A stretch of 64,000 nt of DNA from Schmidtea polychroa. Its lineage: Eukaryota. Numbering within the stretch: position 1 is the first letter of the stretch; each line of letters starts with the position of its first letter. Positions 1 through 14,066 of this stretch are shown in pieces. Made by a program: the position numbers and the translations under genes. The notes beneath the pieces were generated by a model. The model was given only the letters and a program-made list of their open reading frames with translations, had not been told where the DNA came from and did not search any database. The stretch covers positions 48,176,001 to 48,240,000 of the forward strand of contig CM097885.1 of the NCBI GenBank assembly GCA_044892525.1, given 5' to 3'.

Positions 1-365
1 AATCTAGCGGCCATTGTAATCACTGCCTCAATGGGATCTTCAAATCCTTCGAAATCTTCTGCCCTCTCATCATTTTCAAATCCCTGAAAATTTTTAAACA
101 ATTCAGGGCACAGTTTTTTCCAAACTTCTTTCAGATTTGATTTTTTAACTTCATTCCAGCTATCTCTAATGATTTTTACAGCTTGTAAAATATCAAAAGA
201 CTTCCAAAATTCATTTAGTGTTGGTCCATCTTCTCTGTCCACAGCTTTCAAAAGTTTAGGAAATGTCCGTCGAAGTTAGTAGGCTTTGAACGATGCAATT
301 ACTCCCTGTTCCATAGGCTGCAACAAGGCTGTTGCGTTTGGAGGCAAAAAGACAATTTTTACAAT
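1..365 (-). pseudogene. Tigger/pogo (DDE_1) transposase C-terminal remnant
   Basis: Minus strand reads IVFLPPNATALLQPMEQGVIASFKAY*LRRTF...FWKSFDILQAVKIIRDSWNEVK...WKKL, the LPPN(T)T..LQPMDQG motif of pogo/Tigger, with an in-frame stop; runs off the window edge. Confidence 0.85.
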
Positions 366-1794
366 TGCTGGATTTTTACGTGCTGTACAAACTGAATTCG
401 TAATAAAAGGAAACAACTCCTGAAATGATATATGATAGTAGTTAAAAATTAATATTAAACAAGAATGTGATAAAAAAAATAGTCTATGCATTATCAGATC
501 AAAGTGTGTAAAAAGAAGCTTATTTTATTTAGTGGCTGGGTCCTGATATAAGACAAAATTATTAATTCAATAGTTATTATAAATGACATGATAAAACAAA
601 AGAAACAATTCAAAGGAAACTTCTAGTTTTTATAAAAAGGCAAATAACATAAATCCCATCGTGGCAATGCAACACCACATATAGTATGAAAAATCGGTTA
701 AAAAAACTACGCGTTTTGGGTTATTAAATTGTTCTTCATTTGACAAGCTCACGTAATAATGTACCTTCATATTATCACATATTTTAATTACTGCAAAAAC
801 TTTTAATTAGGAATAATTATTTGAACTCAAAAAATGGCCAGATAGAAAACATCAATTATCATGAACCAAAGACAATTCTTTCTCCTGCAAAATAATAAAC
901 GAGACGCCTAATATATTGCAGACAATTTAGTCTAACCCTGCAAAAATATTTATAAATATATCAATTTAAACAAAAACATAATTAAAATATCTAAATAAAT
1001 TTCGTTTATTCTTATTTTCTTATTCTTATTTATTTTCGTTTATTCTTAAATCTCAAGATTAACAAGATACATAACAGATTTCAAAATTCAATTATATATG
1101 TATTTATAACTAATATATATTATATAATTTAATATATTATATATGATTTAATATTATTTTTAAAAATATTTCTGTTTATTTAACACATTTTTTAAATGAA
1201 AATTTTTCGAAGAGGCTTGAAAAGTCTATGCCAAAATTACGTGTTTAATAAACGAAAATTTTGAAGTATGGTTTTAAAAGAAACGAATGTAAAGATGACA
1301 TCCAATAAATACAAGTAATACAAATTCTAAAATATAAATCTTTAAATGCTTTAAATTTTTGAATATTATAAAATTTAAAATAAATAAATAATAAATTTAA
1401 AAAAAATAGTTTTATATTTATAAAAAATATTTTTATCAATGCCTTTTCAATAATCTCTTATCTGCTATAAATAATTATTATTAAATTCGACAGTTACTAA
1501 ATTTTGGACAAAATGTAATAAAAAAGATATAATCACAGAATATTAATACATTGTTTGCGGGAAACGATTCGACAAAACACGGTTTTTATAAATAAGCAAA
1601 GGAAAATGGGAAGCGTGTGAAAACGGGTATTTGGCGAAGTAAAAATTTGTACTATGCTGCTGCCAAAACAAAATTCGCCTGCTTTTCGACATGGATTTGC
1701 GAAGACCATCCGTAAACAATGTATTAAATAATGATACATTTAATTTCAACACATGATTTAATTTACCCATTTCATAAGAATATATTTTAAAAAT

Positions 1795-2771
1795 TATTGA
1801 GTTTATAAAATAATTGAAAATAAAATAAAATTATATTTGTAATGAGAGAGGTGCAAGACTGGTCAAGTAGAGAAGTGACAATGCGAAAAAATAATATGAG
1901 TAGAAAGACTCAAGAAGGTGCATCAGTATATGGGAAAAGCACAAAAAAGGTGAATTGAGGAAAATCGATAAAAGATTCATAAATTCGAATTAAAGTCTAG
2001 AAAATTGGTCATGGGGGAACAGGGGAATAACATGGAATAACATGATGATAACAGCATTTTCAGAAAGTGCTAAGAAGAGTGCGAAAAGGTGCGTAAAAGA
2101 TGAAAAACAAGAAAATGAAATTAATTAATTAATTAATTAATTAGTTAGTAGAAAGAAATCCCGAGTTGGGTAAACAAAGAGAAAAGTGAACAGAAGGAAT
2201 ATTTGGGACCATTCTCGTGTCACAATGATTAATGGGAGTAGACCAAGAAAAGATAGTGCATCCAGAAAGGCCCGGGCGAACCATTAATTATCTTTGTTCG
2301 TCGGGTCATTCTGGGTAACAGCCAAATCAGATATGTAGAGTCAAATGGCAGAAGAGTCGGAAAATCAGAGAAAACCGGCATTCTACCTCAGCTAGGGATG
2401 CGAAGAAACCGAGCTTAGGACAATCAGGAAATTAGGGAAACGAACGGATAGAGTTATGAGATATTCGAGACGTGAAAAGAAAATTGAATTGGAAGTGAAC
2501 CAGATCAAATAGTAAAAGTTCGATTAAAAGAAAGTTAGTGGACAGAAGATGAAAGATTTTGATAAAGCATCGGTGCCGAGCGGAGAACCGATTAAACTTG
2601 TAAAACTCCATCATTGATCTTTGGACTTTGAGAGATTTTTGTGATTCAAATATACGTTGGGTAGTTTATTGTTTTGTTATTTACGATTTGATTTGTTATT
2701 GATTTGTTATTTAAGGGACACGTGGAGTCAGAGGTTACCGATTTGAAGTAATAAAACCCAAAAAAATTACC
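1795..2771 (+). mobile_element. Diverged solo LTR related to the LTRs of the 45650-55453 element (boundaries approximate)
   Basis: Shares ordered blocks with that LTR: (TAAT)n, TAGGGATRCGAAGAAAC, GAGCGGAG, CAAATATACGTTGGG, ACACGTGGAGTCAGAG, ATAAAACCCAA; similar ~1 kb length. No TSD seen. Confidence 0.7.
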
Positions 2772-3429
2772 TTTGATCAAATTTTGGTTTTATTATTATA
2801 TTTTTTCGTCCACTTCGGCCATTTCATAAATCTATATTTAGTCTATGAAAAATAACAATTTTGTTATTACTTGAATTTAAGCCTTTGCCCCATAACCCCC
2901 GTTGCTACCAAATAATTTAAGTACATTTTTAACATTTTAGTAAAACTGTAACATCAACAATAAAGTTTCAAAAACATAATAGACTATTAACAATTTATTT
3001 CATGAATGGAGACACCGATTAAACGGTTTTTCGAGTGAGAGTATAATGAAATACGTCTTAATAATTGTAAATAATTAAATACCTACAAAGTAAATGTTAA
3101 TTTTGGTATTTAAACCCTTTTACAATCGGACAATATTGTTACCAATGATAAAAATGTGACTTGCAACAACTTAAAAACGTTAGTGATACAAGTAGATTTT
3201 TGATTTACATGGTCTATATAAAAAGTCATTACTCTTACAGAAATAAAATAAATAAATCCATGAAATTTTAAACACAACAATAAATATTTATAAATAAATA
3301 TTAGTGAATGTTTTTGACTAATGGAAATCTATTAAAATGGTTTAAAAAATGTTTCTGAGCATTATTTGTTTTTTGCTTTTGAAGAAGACAGAAAAAGGAC
3401 ATCAAACATCATCTGCACGAAGCATATGG

Positions 3430-3900
3430 AAATGAAGGACCATGCAAAATCTCTATTTATAATTGAATTAGAGAGTTTCCTTTGCTAGGAACAACATGTT
3501 TGTGGAAGAAATAAGTGGACGATCCCTGGAAATTGGTGAGTAGAAATTCGAAAAATTGAAGATTATTGTGAAAAAGAGATGAATTATCCATAGAGAACTG
3601 TCAACTAGATTTAATGTAAACAAGGCAAAAGATTCTTGAGGACATTGAAATTAGAAAATTATGCAATCGATTCGTCCTCGTTTCTTGACAGTAGAGATGC
3701 GAGGAAAGAGAATTCAATCATGTAAATTAAATCTGGCCCTTTTTCATGCTCTTAGGAAGCATGTTTTGAAGAATATTTTAACGTTGGACGAGACACCATT
3801 GATTCTCTATGTTCGATGCAGAAAGCGTAAGTCTCGCGAATGGGTCTTTCTAGAAATAAGTAATGCATTTATAAATCAATGAGCATATTGGGAAAAGTCA
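3430..3900 (+). pseudogene. mariner/Tc1 transposase remnant
   Basis: ORF 3661-3882 RPRFLT..MRGKRIQSC...NILTLDETPLILY..RKRKSREW matches mariner WVPHxLT...IVTGDETW..Y...KRQSxEW; degraded. Confidence 0.75.
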
Positions 3901-5017
3901 AGACTCAGAAACGATAATAAGCCCAAAGATGCGTTAAGCCGTCTACGAAGTTGTTGTTGTAGTTTTGAATAAAATGCTTCCCCAATAAAGACGGCCTACT
4001 AGAAAGCAGTTATAAGTTTAATTAAAGAAAAATCTAAACAATTAAAGATAGTTTGGAAATAATTTTTTCAATTTGAATTTATTGTAAAGGTTTTTGTTAT
4101 TTTCAAAAATTTAAAAGTGCTGGTGAAAAATTTTGACGTGATTAAAAAATGATTGAAGTATTTTCAATCAATAAATTCAATTCACATAAAAATTTTTTTT
4201 TATTTATTTATATGAACTGAACTATATTCTATAACTATTCTATAACAAATAGCAGATTTTTGTTTTAATTACCAAGTAATTATCAAGTTCAAGTCAATTT
4301 TGATATTAAATTTATTGTAAAACGAAAAACTTCATTAAAATCTTTTCATAAATTAGTTTCTTATGTTTGAATTATTTTTATTAATTGTCGAGCTTTATGA
4401 TAATCACTAATTTTATTTAACTTAATATAAAATTGTACATGAGAAATAACAAATAATTTTTCATAATTTCAATTTTATCTGGGACAAAAGTGGTGAATGC
4501 GAAAGTAATTTTGAAAATGACTAAAATAAACAAAAATAAGATTTCTCAAAATAATTATTAAATAATTTTCAAAATTATAATATTATTAATAAATTCTATA
4601 ATTAGTCTTAGCTGTAAATTTCAATATAATGAAAAAAACAAAAATGAGAATTTTCAACTATAAAATAATCTTTCAATAATACTGATAATTGTTAAAAAGC
4701 AGCATTATGTTAATCAACATCAGTCATCAAATATAGATATTATAGTGACCTTGTTAGATAATTGATTTGTTATAAATTATTATTAGCTCACCTTACAACA
4801 ACAATAATAATAATAATTGTGAGGTGTCTTCAGCTGAGAATTAAATATTTCAATGATTTATTAAGATAATTTTAAATGATAAATAATGGACTATTAAAAT
4901 AAATTTTTAAATAATTTTTAAATTGAAAAGAGATTTTGTTAAAGATAAATTTTAAATAAATAATTGTTTTAAAAGAAGTTTTATTAGTAAATAATTTTTA
5001 AATAAATATATTTTAAA

Positions 5018-5952
5018 AGTAGTGTGTATATAGCCCTAACTCAAACAGCCCTCCCAACAAAAACATACCTGCATTACGCTTAAACCATTAGAAAAACAAC
5101 ATAAAACCTATGCTTTTATAGTATTTTAACCCCATATTTTAAACAACAACCACCCTTAATCTTTAAAGCCTCAAACTCAAAAGCTTCAAACTAAAAAGAG
5201 AATAGAAAAAAAAATGGCATTATTAAAAAGTTAGAGGGCTATTTGGGATCAATCAAACTCCGGAGTTGATCTTTATCAGATTATTGATTTTAAATTATAT
5301 AAATTAAAAAATAAATGAAAAATAGTAAAACTGCTCTGAGGGGACAGTGGTATTTTTTTTTTTTTTCACTGTCCCCTCAACAGTTTTTTTGATCCGGATC
5401 ATTTCAACCTCTTTCGTTTATCAAATCTCTTCTAATATACAAGCTGGCCAGACTCATACATCAGAATCAATCCGATAATAGCAGCACACCTTATTATTCG
5501 CTTCTCGCTCGAATACGATTTCATCGGCGTTTTAAGCGTGCTGCTCGAAAGTACAAATGAATTCGAAAGTGAATCCGAAAGAGGTCCGAAAACAACTGAG
5601 AAATAAATGTGCACATTAAAGAATCGATCCGGGGGTGTTCGAAAGACAGGTGGCGATAATTACCGGTTCGCCACCATCACCCGTTTCAATAATTTTTTTT
5701 TCATATTTATGTTTAAAAATAAAATAATTAATAAAATAAATAAAATAAATAAAATAAATAAAATAAATAAAATAAAATAAAATAAAAATAAATAAAATAA
5801 AATATAAATCTAAGATACCCACACTATTATTTTCAAATTTAAAAAAAAAAAAAAAAACTAACCACAGTTAGGATTTGAACCACCATCCATTTGAACCACG
5901 GTGCCAGTCTAGCCCACTGCGCTATCTAGGTTTGGATTTTTGTTATTTTTTA
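5018..5952 (+). repeat. Left TIR of Polinton
   Basis: 5047-5952 is the reverse complement of 33283-34185 apart from a few SNPs and homopolymer/microsatellite length changes (cf. twin ORFs 5432-5614 and 33622-33804); starts AGTAGTGTG at 5018. Confidence 0.95.
5858..5931 (-). ncRNA. tRNA-like Pol III unit (left-TIR copy of 33304-33377)
   Basis: Minus strand: A box TAGCGCAGTGG (5924-5914), B box GGTTCAAATCC (5881-5871), then T17. Confidence 0.55.
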
Positions 5953-6030
5953 TACTGTCACATTATGAAAATAAATATAAAAACATAAAAAATCAAAACA
6001 GGATATCCAATAAAAATTTTTTTTCTAAAA

Positions 6031-6304
6031 ATGAATTGTAATATTTGTAATAAAGTTTTTAAAAATAAAACTGGATTAATTTCTCACTTAAAATCGCAAG
6101 CTCATTTATTAAAAGAAAACAATCTTAATGATACAAATTCAAAAGTTTGTCCTAAATGTAAAGGAAGATTTCTACATTCTGGATATAATAAACATTTTGA
6201 AAATTGTATCGGGAAAAATAGAGAAATATTTACATGTTCTCATTGTAACTTTTCAACAAAACTAAATTTCTATTATTTAGAACATATAAAAGAATGTAAA
6301 AATA
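6031..6304 (+). CDS. 5' fragment of Polinton pPolB (C2H2-type zinc fingers), cut off by the nested insertion
   Basis: CNICNKVF...HLKSQAH, CPKC...H...C, CSHC...H...C. Joining 6304 to 20791 gives an uninterrupted frame into the 21234-24569 polymerase ORF; the TAG at 6307-6309 comes from the insert terminus. Confidence 0.88.
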
Positions 6305-6389
6305 AGTAGTAGGATGTGAGCTCCCCAGACCATGTCCCCTCCAGATCACATATACCCCCTCCCCCCCCCCGGGAAAAAATTTTATTTTT

Positions 6390-7810
<1,421 letters not shown>

Positions 7811-7951
7811 AATTAATAATTTTGTTTTAATTATCGATGATTATATAATTTTGTTTAAATCATTGATTATATAATTCTTTTGTTTTAATTATCGAATACG
7901 TAATAATATAATTTTGTTTAAATCGTTGATTACATATTATTATTTTCTAAG

Positions 7952-7999
<48 letters not shown>

Positions 8000-8121
8000 C
8001 ATATATACACCGAGTCTATCCGACAAGATATTCTGTCCCCCTATGGGTACTGTACACAAGGGTACTGCTCACACTCAATATGTCGTAAATTATTATTATT
8101 ATTATTTCAAATACAAGTTCA

Positions 8122-8182
<61 letters not shown>

Positions 8183-8554
8183 TATTATTACGCGCACGGG
8201 GAATATTATTATCATATATACTCTATCCGACAAAATATTCTATCCCTTTATGGGTATTGCTCATATGGGTAATGGTCAAAGGTGTACTACTCACATTCAA
8301 CATGTCTCAAAGGGTATAATATAATTAATATTAAATTCTGACCAACTTAAATCAATGAAGGGGTAGAACAAAAATATATTAAGTTGCGGTATTTTAAATA
8401 TAAAAATATTTTAAAAACTTATTTTGACACTAAAGTTTACTTAATTAACAAAGACATAATTATTGCACATGCTTTGCATAAATATTATTATTTTTTAAAT
8501 TTTCAATATTTTCTTTTAAAGTATTAACACGCGCGGGAGTTATTATTATTATTA

Positions 8555-8599
<45 letters not shown>

Positions 8600-8619
<20 letters not shown>

Positions 8620-9270
8620 GTTAATGAAAAATCTAAAATATGGTTTACACACATAACCCCTCAACCATTATTATTATTATCAATATTAAAAACCTAAAAT
8701 ATTTTCTACACACACACACACACATGCACAACTCATTAACCATTATTATTATCATTATTAGTGAAAACCTAAAATATTTTTTACACACACACACAACCCA
8801 TTAACCATTATTATTATTATTATCAATATTAAAAACCTAAAATATTTTTACACACACACATACAACTCATTAAACTTATTATTATTATTATTATTATTGC
8901 AAATATTAGTCAAAAACATAAAAACACACACACAACCAATTAACAATTATTATTATCAATATTATTATTATTGCAAATACTAGTCAAAAACTTAAAATTT
9001 TTTTTTTTACACACGCACAACCCATTAACAATTATTATTATCAATATTAGTGAAAACCTAAAATATTTTCTACACACACACACACACACAACCCATTAAC
9101 CATTATTATTATTGCAAATATTAGTCAAAAACATAAAAACACTCATAAACCATTATTATTATCAATATTAGTGAAAACCTCAAATATTTTTTACACACAC
9201 ACACAACCCATTAAACTTTATTATTATTATTATTAGTGAAAACCTAAAATAATTTTTACACACTAAGTTA
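8600..9270 (+). repeat. ~60-bp minisatellite (ATT)n-CAATATTAGTGAAAACCTAAAATATTTT-(AC)n-AACCCATTAAC, mirrored at ~18130-18770
   Basis: About ten visible units with variable ATT and AC tract lengths. Confidence 0.85.
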
Positions 9271-9590
9271 TGGGGTAGAGAATTATTATATGTTTGCAAT
9301 ATTCTGTGTTTGCCTTTACAGGAAGTTGTCAATAAGGAGCGATAATTTGACACACACACATTCTATATACACATACCTTGTTTAACATGGGTGTATATAC
9401 TCATAGTCTATCCGACAAAATATTCTGTCCCCCTATGGGTAATGGTCACAAAGGTACTACTCACATTCAACATGTCGCAAGGGTATATTAATTAATGTTA
9501 GTAAATAAAACTTATCACAAATACTATTTTTAATAATATTTAAACGATAAAAATCGAGACAAGAGAGGACAAGGCAAAGTTTATGCATTT

Positions 9591-9810
9591 AGTATTGCCA
9601 GGCCTAATGAGCAGTGACCAAATATCTGTGCCTGAAAGACACGGTGGATATTTGTTCGCGTCCACAAGGGTCGTCTGTGCCTCCCCCAAGTGGGGTCAGA
9701 AGAACCTGGGCATTATAGTTTTCCGTACGGAACATTACGCCTAGCATGGGTAGTCAACTACCAGCACATTCGAAACGTATAATTTCAAAATACATGCGTC
9801 ATTGGCACTA
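9591..9810 (+). ncRNA. Structured RNA candidate with hammerhead-like frame (mirror copy ~17589-17808, minus strand)
   Basis: GC-rich island with several hairpins; CTAATGA (9604-9610), GAAAC (9772-9776) and GTC (9798-9800) in hammerhead order, with pairable stems I and III. Confidence 0.4.
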
Positions 9811-12800
9811 TAACCAAATTAATTATTGTTTTCACTAACACAAATATATATTTACAGAGGCCTCCCACTAGTTGGATTACAACCGCCCACCACGACGATC
9901 AGCTTGTAAATATATATTAATTAAGGGATAAAGAGGACCCACCCAACCCTATTATATTTAATTTACAAATTTTTCTCGCTCTTCTGTTGGTAATCTATCT
10001 CAAAATTAATCTCTCCATCAGGCCATTTGATAGTGATTTCATGGAATACATCTTGCGAATTGGACGTATTTCTTAGTTTCTGATGCGGCGTCAACTATCA
10101 TTGCTAAAATTTATATTGATTTAAAAGCAATTAACTTACATTATCTAGCATTTTATCGTCACAGGCTTGATAAATTAGGCAACTGTTATTTGTGGTATAC
10201 TTTTTCAATGTCATTTCCCACCATAAAACACAGATACCTAAATATAATATATTTATTTTAAAGAATTAATTCATGTCTTACATTAATAATAATATTCTTC
10301 AGGTAGTACTTTACAATATCTAATTGCTAAAACATCGGTTTTCCCCATTTTTCTTGACATTCGTTGAAAGTTTACATAATTTAAGTCTGATAATTCATGT
10401 TGAAGGATACCCACAATCAGCTAATTCATTTAAGAAATCCAGAACATAGCAATGTTTCACCATTTTGTCTGGTTCTTTTTTTTTTCTATAATTCATGTTT
10501 TAATAAGAAATTTCTAAATCCAGAACATAAGTCATTTAGTGTTTCACCATTTTGTCTGGTTCATCTTCTTCATAATCATATAATTCATTTTCTTCATTAC
10601 TAAGTAAAATAATTAAAATATTGTAGTAAATTCTTTATTTACTTACTTTATGGATACTAAAACGAAAGAAATAAAGTTATATCAAAAGTATATTTAAATA
10701 AATTAAATTTAAATAATTTAATTTAGTTATTTAAAAATATTTAAACAATTTAGTTATTTAAGCATATTTAAACATTAACATTATTATATAGTATAATTTT
10801 ATATAATATTATAATTTTATGTACACTTATATATCCTTAATTTAATTTTTTAAATTCAAAATTTATAATGAAGATTCTTTGAATTAAAAAATATTCTGTT
10901 AGTATTTCCAGACAGTAAACAACGAATTCAATAATTAAAATCTTAATTTTCATGTTGTTAGGGTTGTGGCCAGAATTTAATCGCCATCTAATCGTTTGTT
11001 CTCAATTTCGCTCATTTTTGTTCAAAACATTCAGGTGAGTTGTTATCTGGAAAGTTTCTTTTAGCTCAGCTTTCTTAAAACACTCACGGTATTTTTGAGG
11101 GATGTGACACTGGAAATAAATTAACAATGGGTGGTCTTGCATACATGTTGTTGGTCTGAACTGTTGATTTATTTTAGAAATATGTATATTAAAAACATTT
11201 AAGGTATCATTCAGTAAAATAATATAGTATTTTTGAGTATTTTTAGTTGATTTATAAATAACAGTATTTTGATATATCAATAAAGACCATATACTCCTAG
11301 TTTATCCGACAAAATATTCTGTCCCCCTATAGGTATTGCTAGCAAGGGTACTGGTCACACTCAACAAGGCTATATTATTCATTTAGAAATTCTTAGGTAA
11401 TTTAGTGAGATGATCGTGAATATTTTAAATGTAACTTTACACTTATGTCGAGCGACTAATTTATTGGTTAACTTTTTAGACATTTAAAGCAAAAGGTAAT
11501 TTATTCATCTAATGTTCGTTACAATAGTTAATAATATGAGAAAAATGTGGTCATTATTCATTGATAATTTTAAATTCTTTATCATTTGGAGTAAATTTGT
11601 TTGAGGCAAAAATATTTAAAGGAGTCATAATAGAAATATGGTTATCATTTATCCAGTTAAAGGGCTTATTATTTAGAAATATAGGGTAACAATTATTTTC
11701 TAATTTAATGAGATGATCATTGGGCGTAGTATATCTTTGCGAGAAATTTAAGGTGTTTGAGTAACCAAAACATGGATATTTTGTGCCATCAATTTATGAT
11801 TATTGGTTAATTTAGTCATTAAAATAATAATATAATAAGGTAATTTAGCAAAATATCATTTATCCATCCGATAACAATATTCCTTCAATAGATTAACTGA
11901 TATTCAACCTATTTAATATCTAGAAATCTAATTAAAATCATAAATTTCCTTCAAAGATCACTTTTCTTTAGTTGTTTTCCAATTTTTTTTAAGTCAATAT
12001 TTCTCAAGCTTTGTCAACGATATCCCCAAAATGAATAAAATAACTTCTTAAATAAAAATAATTTAAAGCAATAACTCATTAATAGTTAACTTCATCAATT
12101 AATTCTAAAGATTTCAAATATTTCATTGTCAAAACCAAGTAAATTGATCATTAACCATTAATAAAACCGTGGATAATTAATAAAAACTGGATCTGAAACA
12201 TAAATTACTGTGCAATAACATTCATCACAACCTCTAAAACGATATAATTTCACAGGAACTATTCATAGCTGACTATTTCCCTTGAAAATTTGATATTTTA
12301 CCAATAAGAATATATAAATATTCAAAACATTAACCGATTCCTCACCAAATATTTCTACCTCTTTAAACACCTTAAATCGTATATATTACCATCTTAACCT
12401 TCACTAAATACAACCGAATATAATTTCACCCACTTGAGCCCTTTAATATATCTTAAAATCCATATAAAATTCTTCAAAATATGAATTTTATTTAATTGTT
12501 ACAAACATTCTTCCATTGAAATAATTTAGTAGCTAAATTCAAAGACCTCAGTAAAAGATCAAAATTCGCTAAAATGAATATTTCCTACAAATATTTCACC
12601 ACATTCACCATCAAATATCTAATTAGAGATGAAATATATTGATTGATCATCGATTCGGCTAATTATAGCCATTATAAAATGATATATCTTTCAAACTAAA
12701 TCACAAATTTCAGTATATTTTACATTAATTTTCAAGTAGATTTCAAATATATCATCATCATGATAAAATTAGTTGATTTCAACTTTAGATTTTCAATATT

Positions 12801-14066
12801 TTAAAGTTCATCAATGTGTAAATATTCTTAGAAAAATATATGAAAAAATTATTTAGTCAAATTATCATTACAAAGTCATCATCATCAAAATTTATCCTAT
12901 CACTTGATTATTAACCTCATTAAAAATTAATTTTTATTTAAAATTTTAAAACAAGTCAATAAAATATAGCAAATTATCAAGAAATTAACTAAATTTATCT
13001 TAGAATTAACACTAAGCCTTAAATATTCTTTCAATTATTCACAAAAAATGTTGGTAAAATCCCGCTAACTCTAAAAATTACCAATGAATTTAATTCCAAA
13101 TAATAACCAAAAATTTGCCTAAATAAAATCATTAAAACACATCAGTACCTTTACGATCAGTACCCTTATGACCATTACCAATTGTGAAAAGTACCCATAG
13201 AGGGAGAAAATATCTTGTCGGATAAACTCAGAGTATATATAATAAAACGAATTAACAATAACTCCATCAAATTGAATCAGTCAAATTATCACAAATTTTA
13301 ATAAAAAATCTTATTCTAAAGTGGTAAGCAGCCATAGGTGGTAAGAATATTTTATTTTTGGGTCTGTTATCCCTCTATTATCATTGTTTACTTGGTGTTT
13401 TCATAAATTTAAGTAAAGTTAATGCTGGGTATATGTTCTGACACACTTTGTTTCCTTCTTAACTTTGAGAGATCATTTTGATTAAAAAGAGTAATGTATC
13501 TTAAATTATCTTTTATAATATCTGTTTTTGAAATATTTAATGTAAAATAGTAAATCTCATAATTATTAATTCAATATTAAAGCAGTTAATCAAAATTTAA
13601 AATATAAAGTTATCATAATTGCTTAGTCAATGCCATTTGTTATGTATGTTTGTCATTTTTGGATTAAATACTTTATCAAAATAAATGTTTATCACATTAT
13701 TATTATTCGTTAGTCACTCATATATTAGAAATAATTTATAAATTCTCATCACTTATAGCCCCCCATTTTCCACTAATCCTCCAACAACTATTTCTTTGAA
13801 AATTTTATTAACTATTTTTTATTAAAGTGATCATTTTTATAAATTTTTATGAATTTCATGAAATAATTTTAAATAAATGCAATTAATATATTTCCATCTT
13901 ATCTATGCCACTTCTCGGTATATTTACATTTATTTTCCATTAATGAATAATTCAAACACTTATTTTCAATTATTTTTTTTTTTTTTGAATTTCATTATTA
14001 ATGATGATTCTTACCACCTGAGAATAATATTGTTAATTTTATCTCTGTGTTACCTTTCGATTTTAC

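Larger units (their letters stand above)
8522..13332 (+). repeat. Left arm of ~4.8-kb internal inverted repeat
   Basis: Reverse complement of 14067-18836; coordinate pairs sum to 27399 across the core (ORFs 10397-10603/16796-17002 and 11002-11280/16119-16397 give identical proteins). Confidence 0.97.

Noticed and set aside
650..1770. Possible piggyBac transposase remnant on the minus strand
   Set aside because: Only faint motif resemblance; no TIR or TTAA support.
5432..5822. Short ORFs in the TIRs (also 33447-33804)
   Set aside because: Non-ATG starts or microsatellite-derived, no recognisable domain; better explained by nucleic-acid structure.
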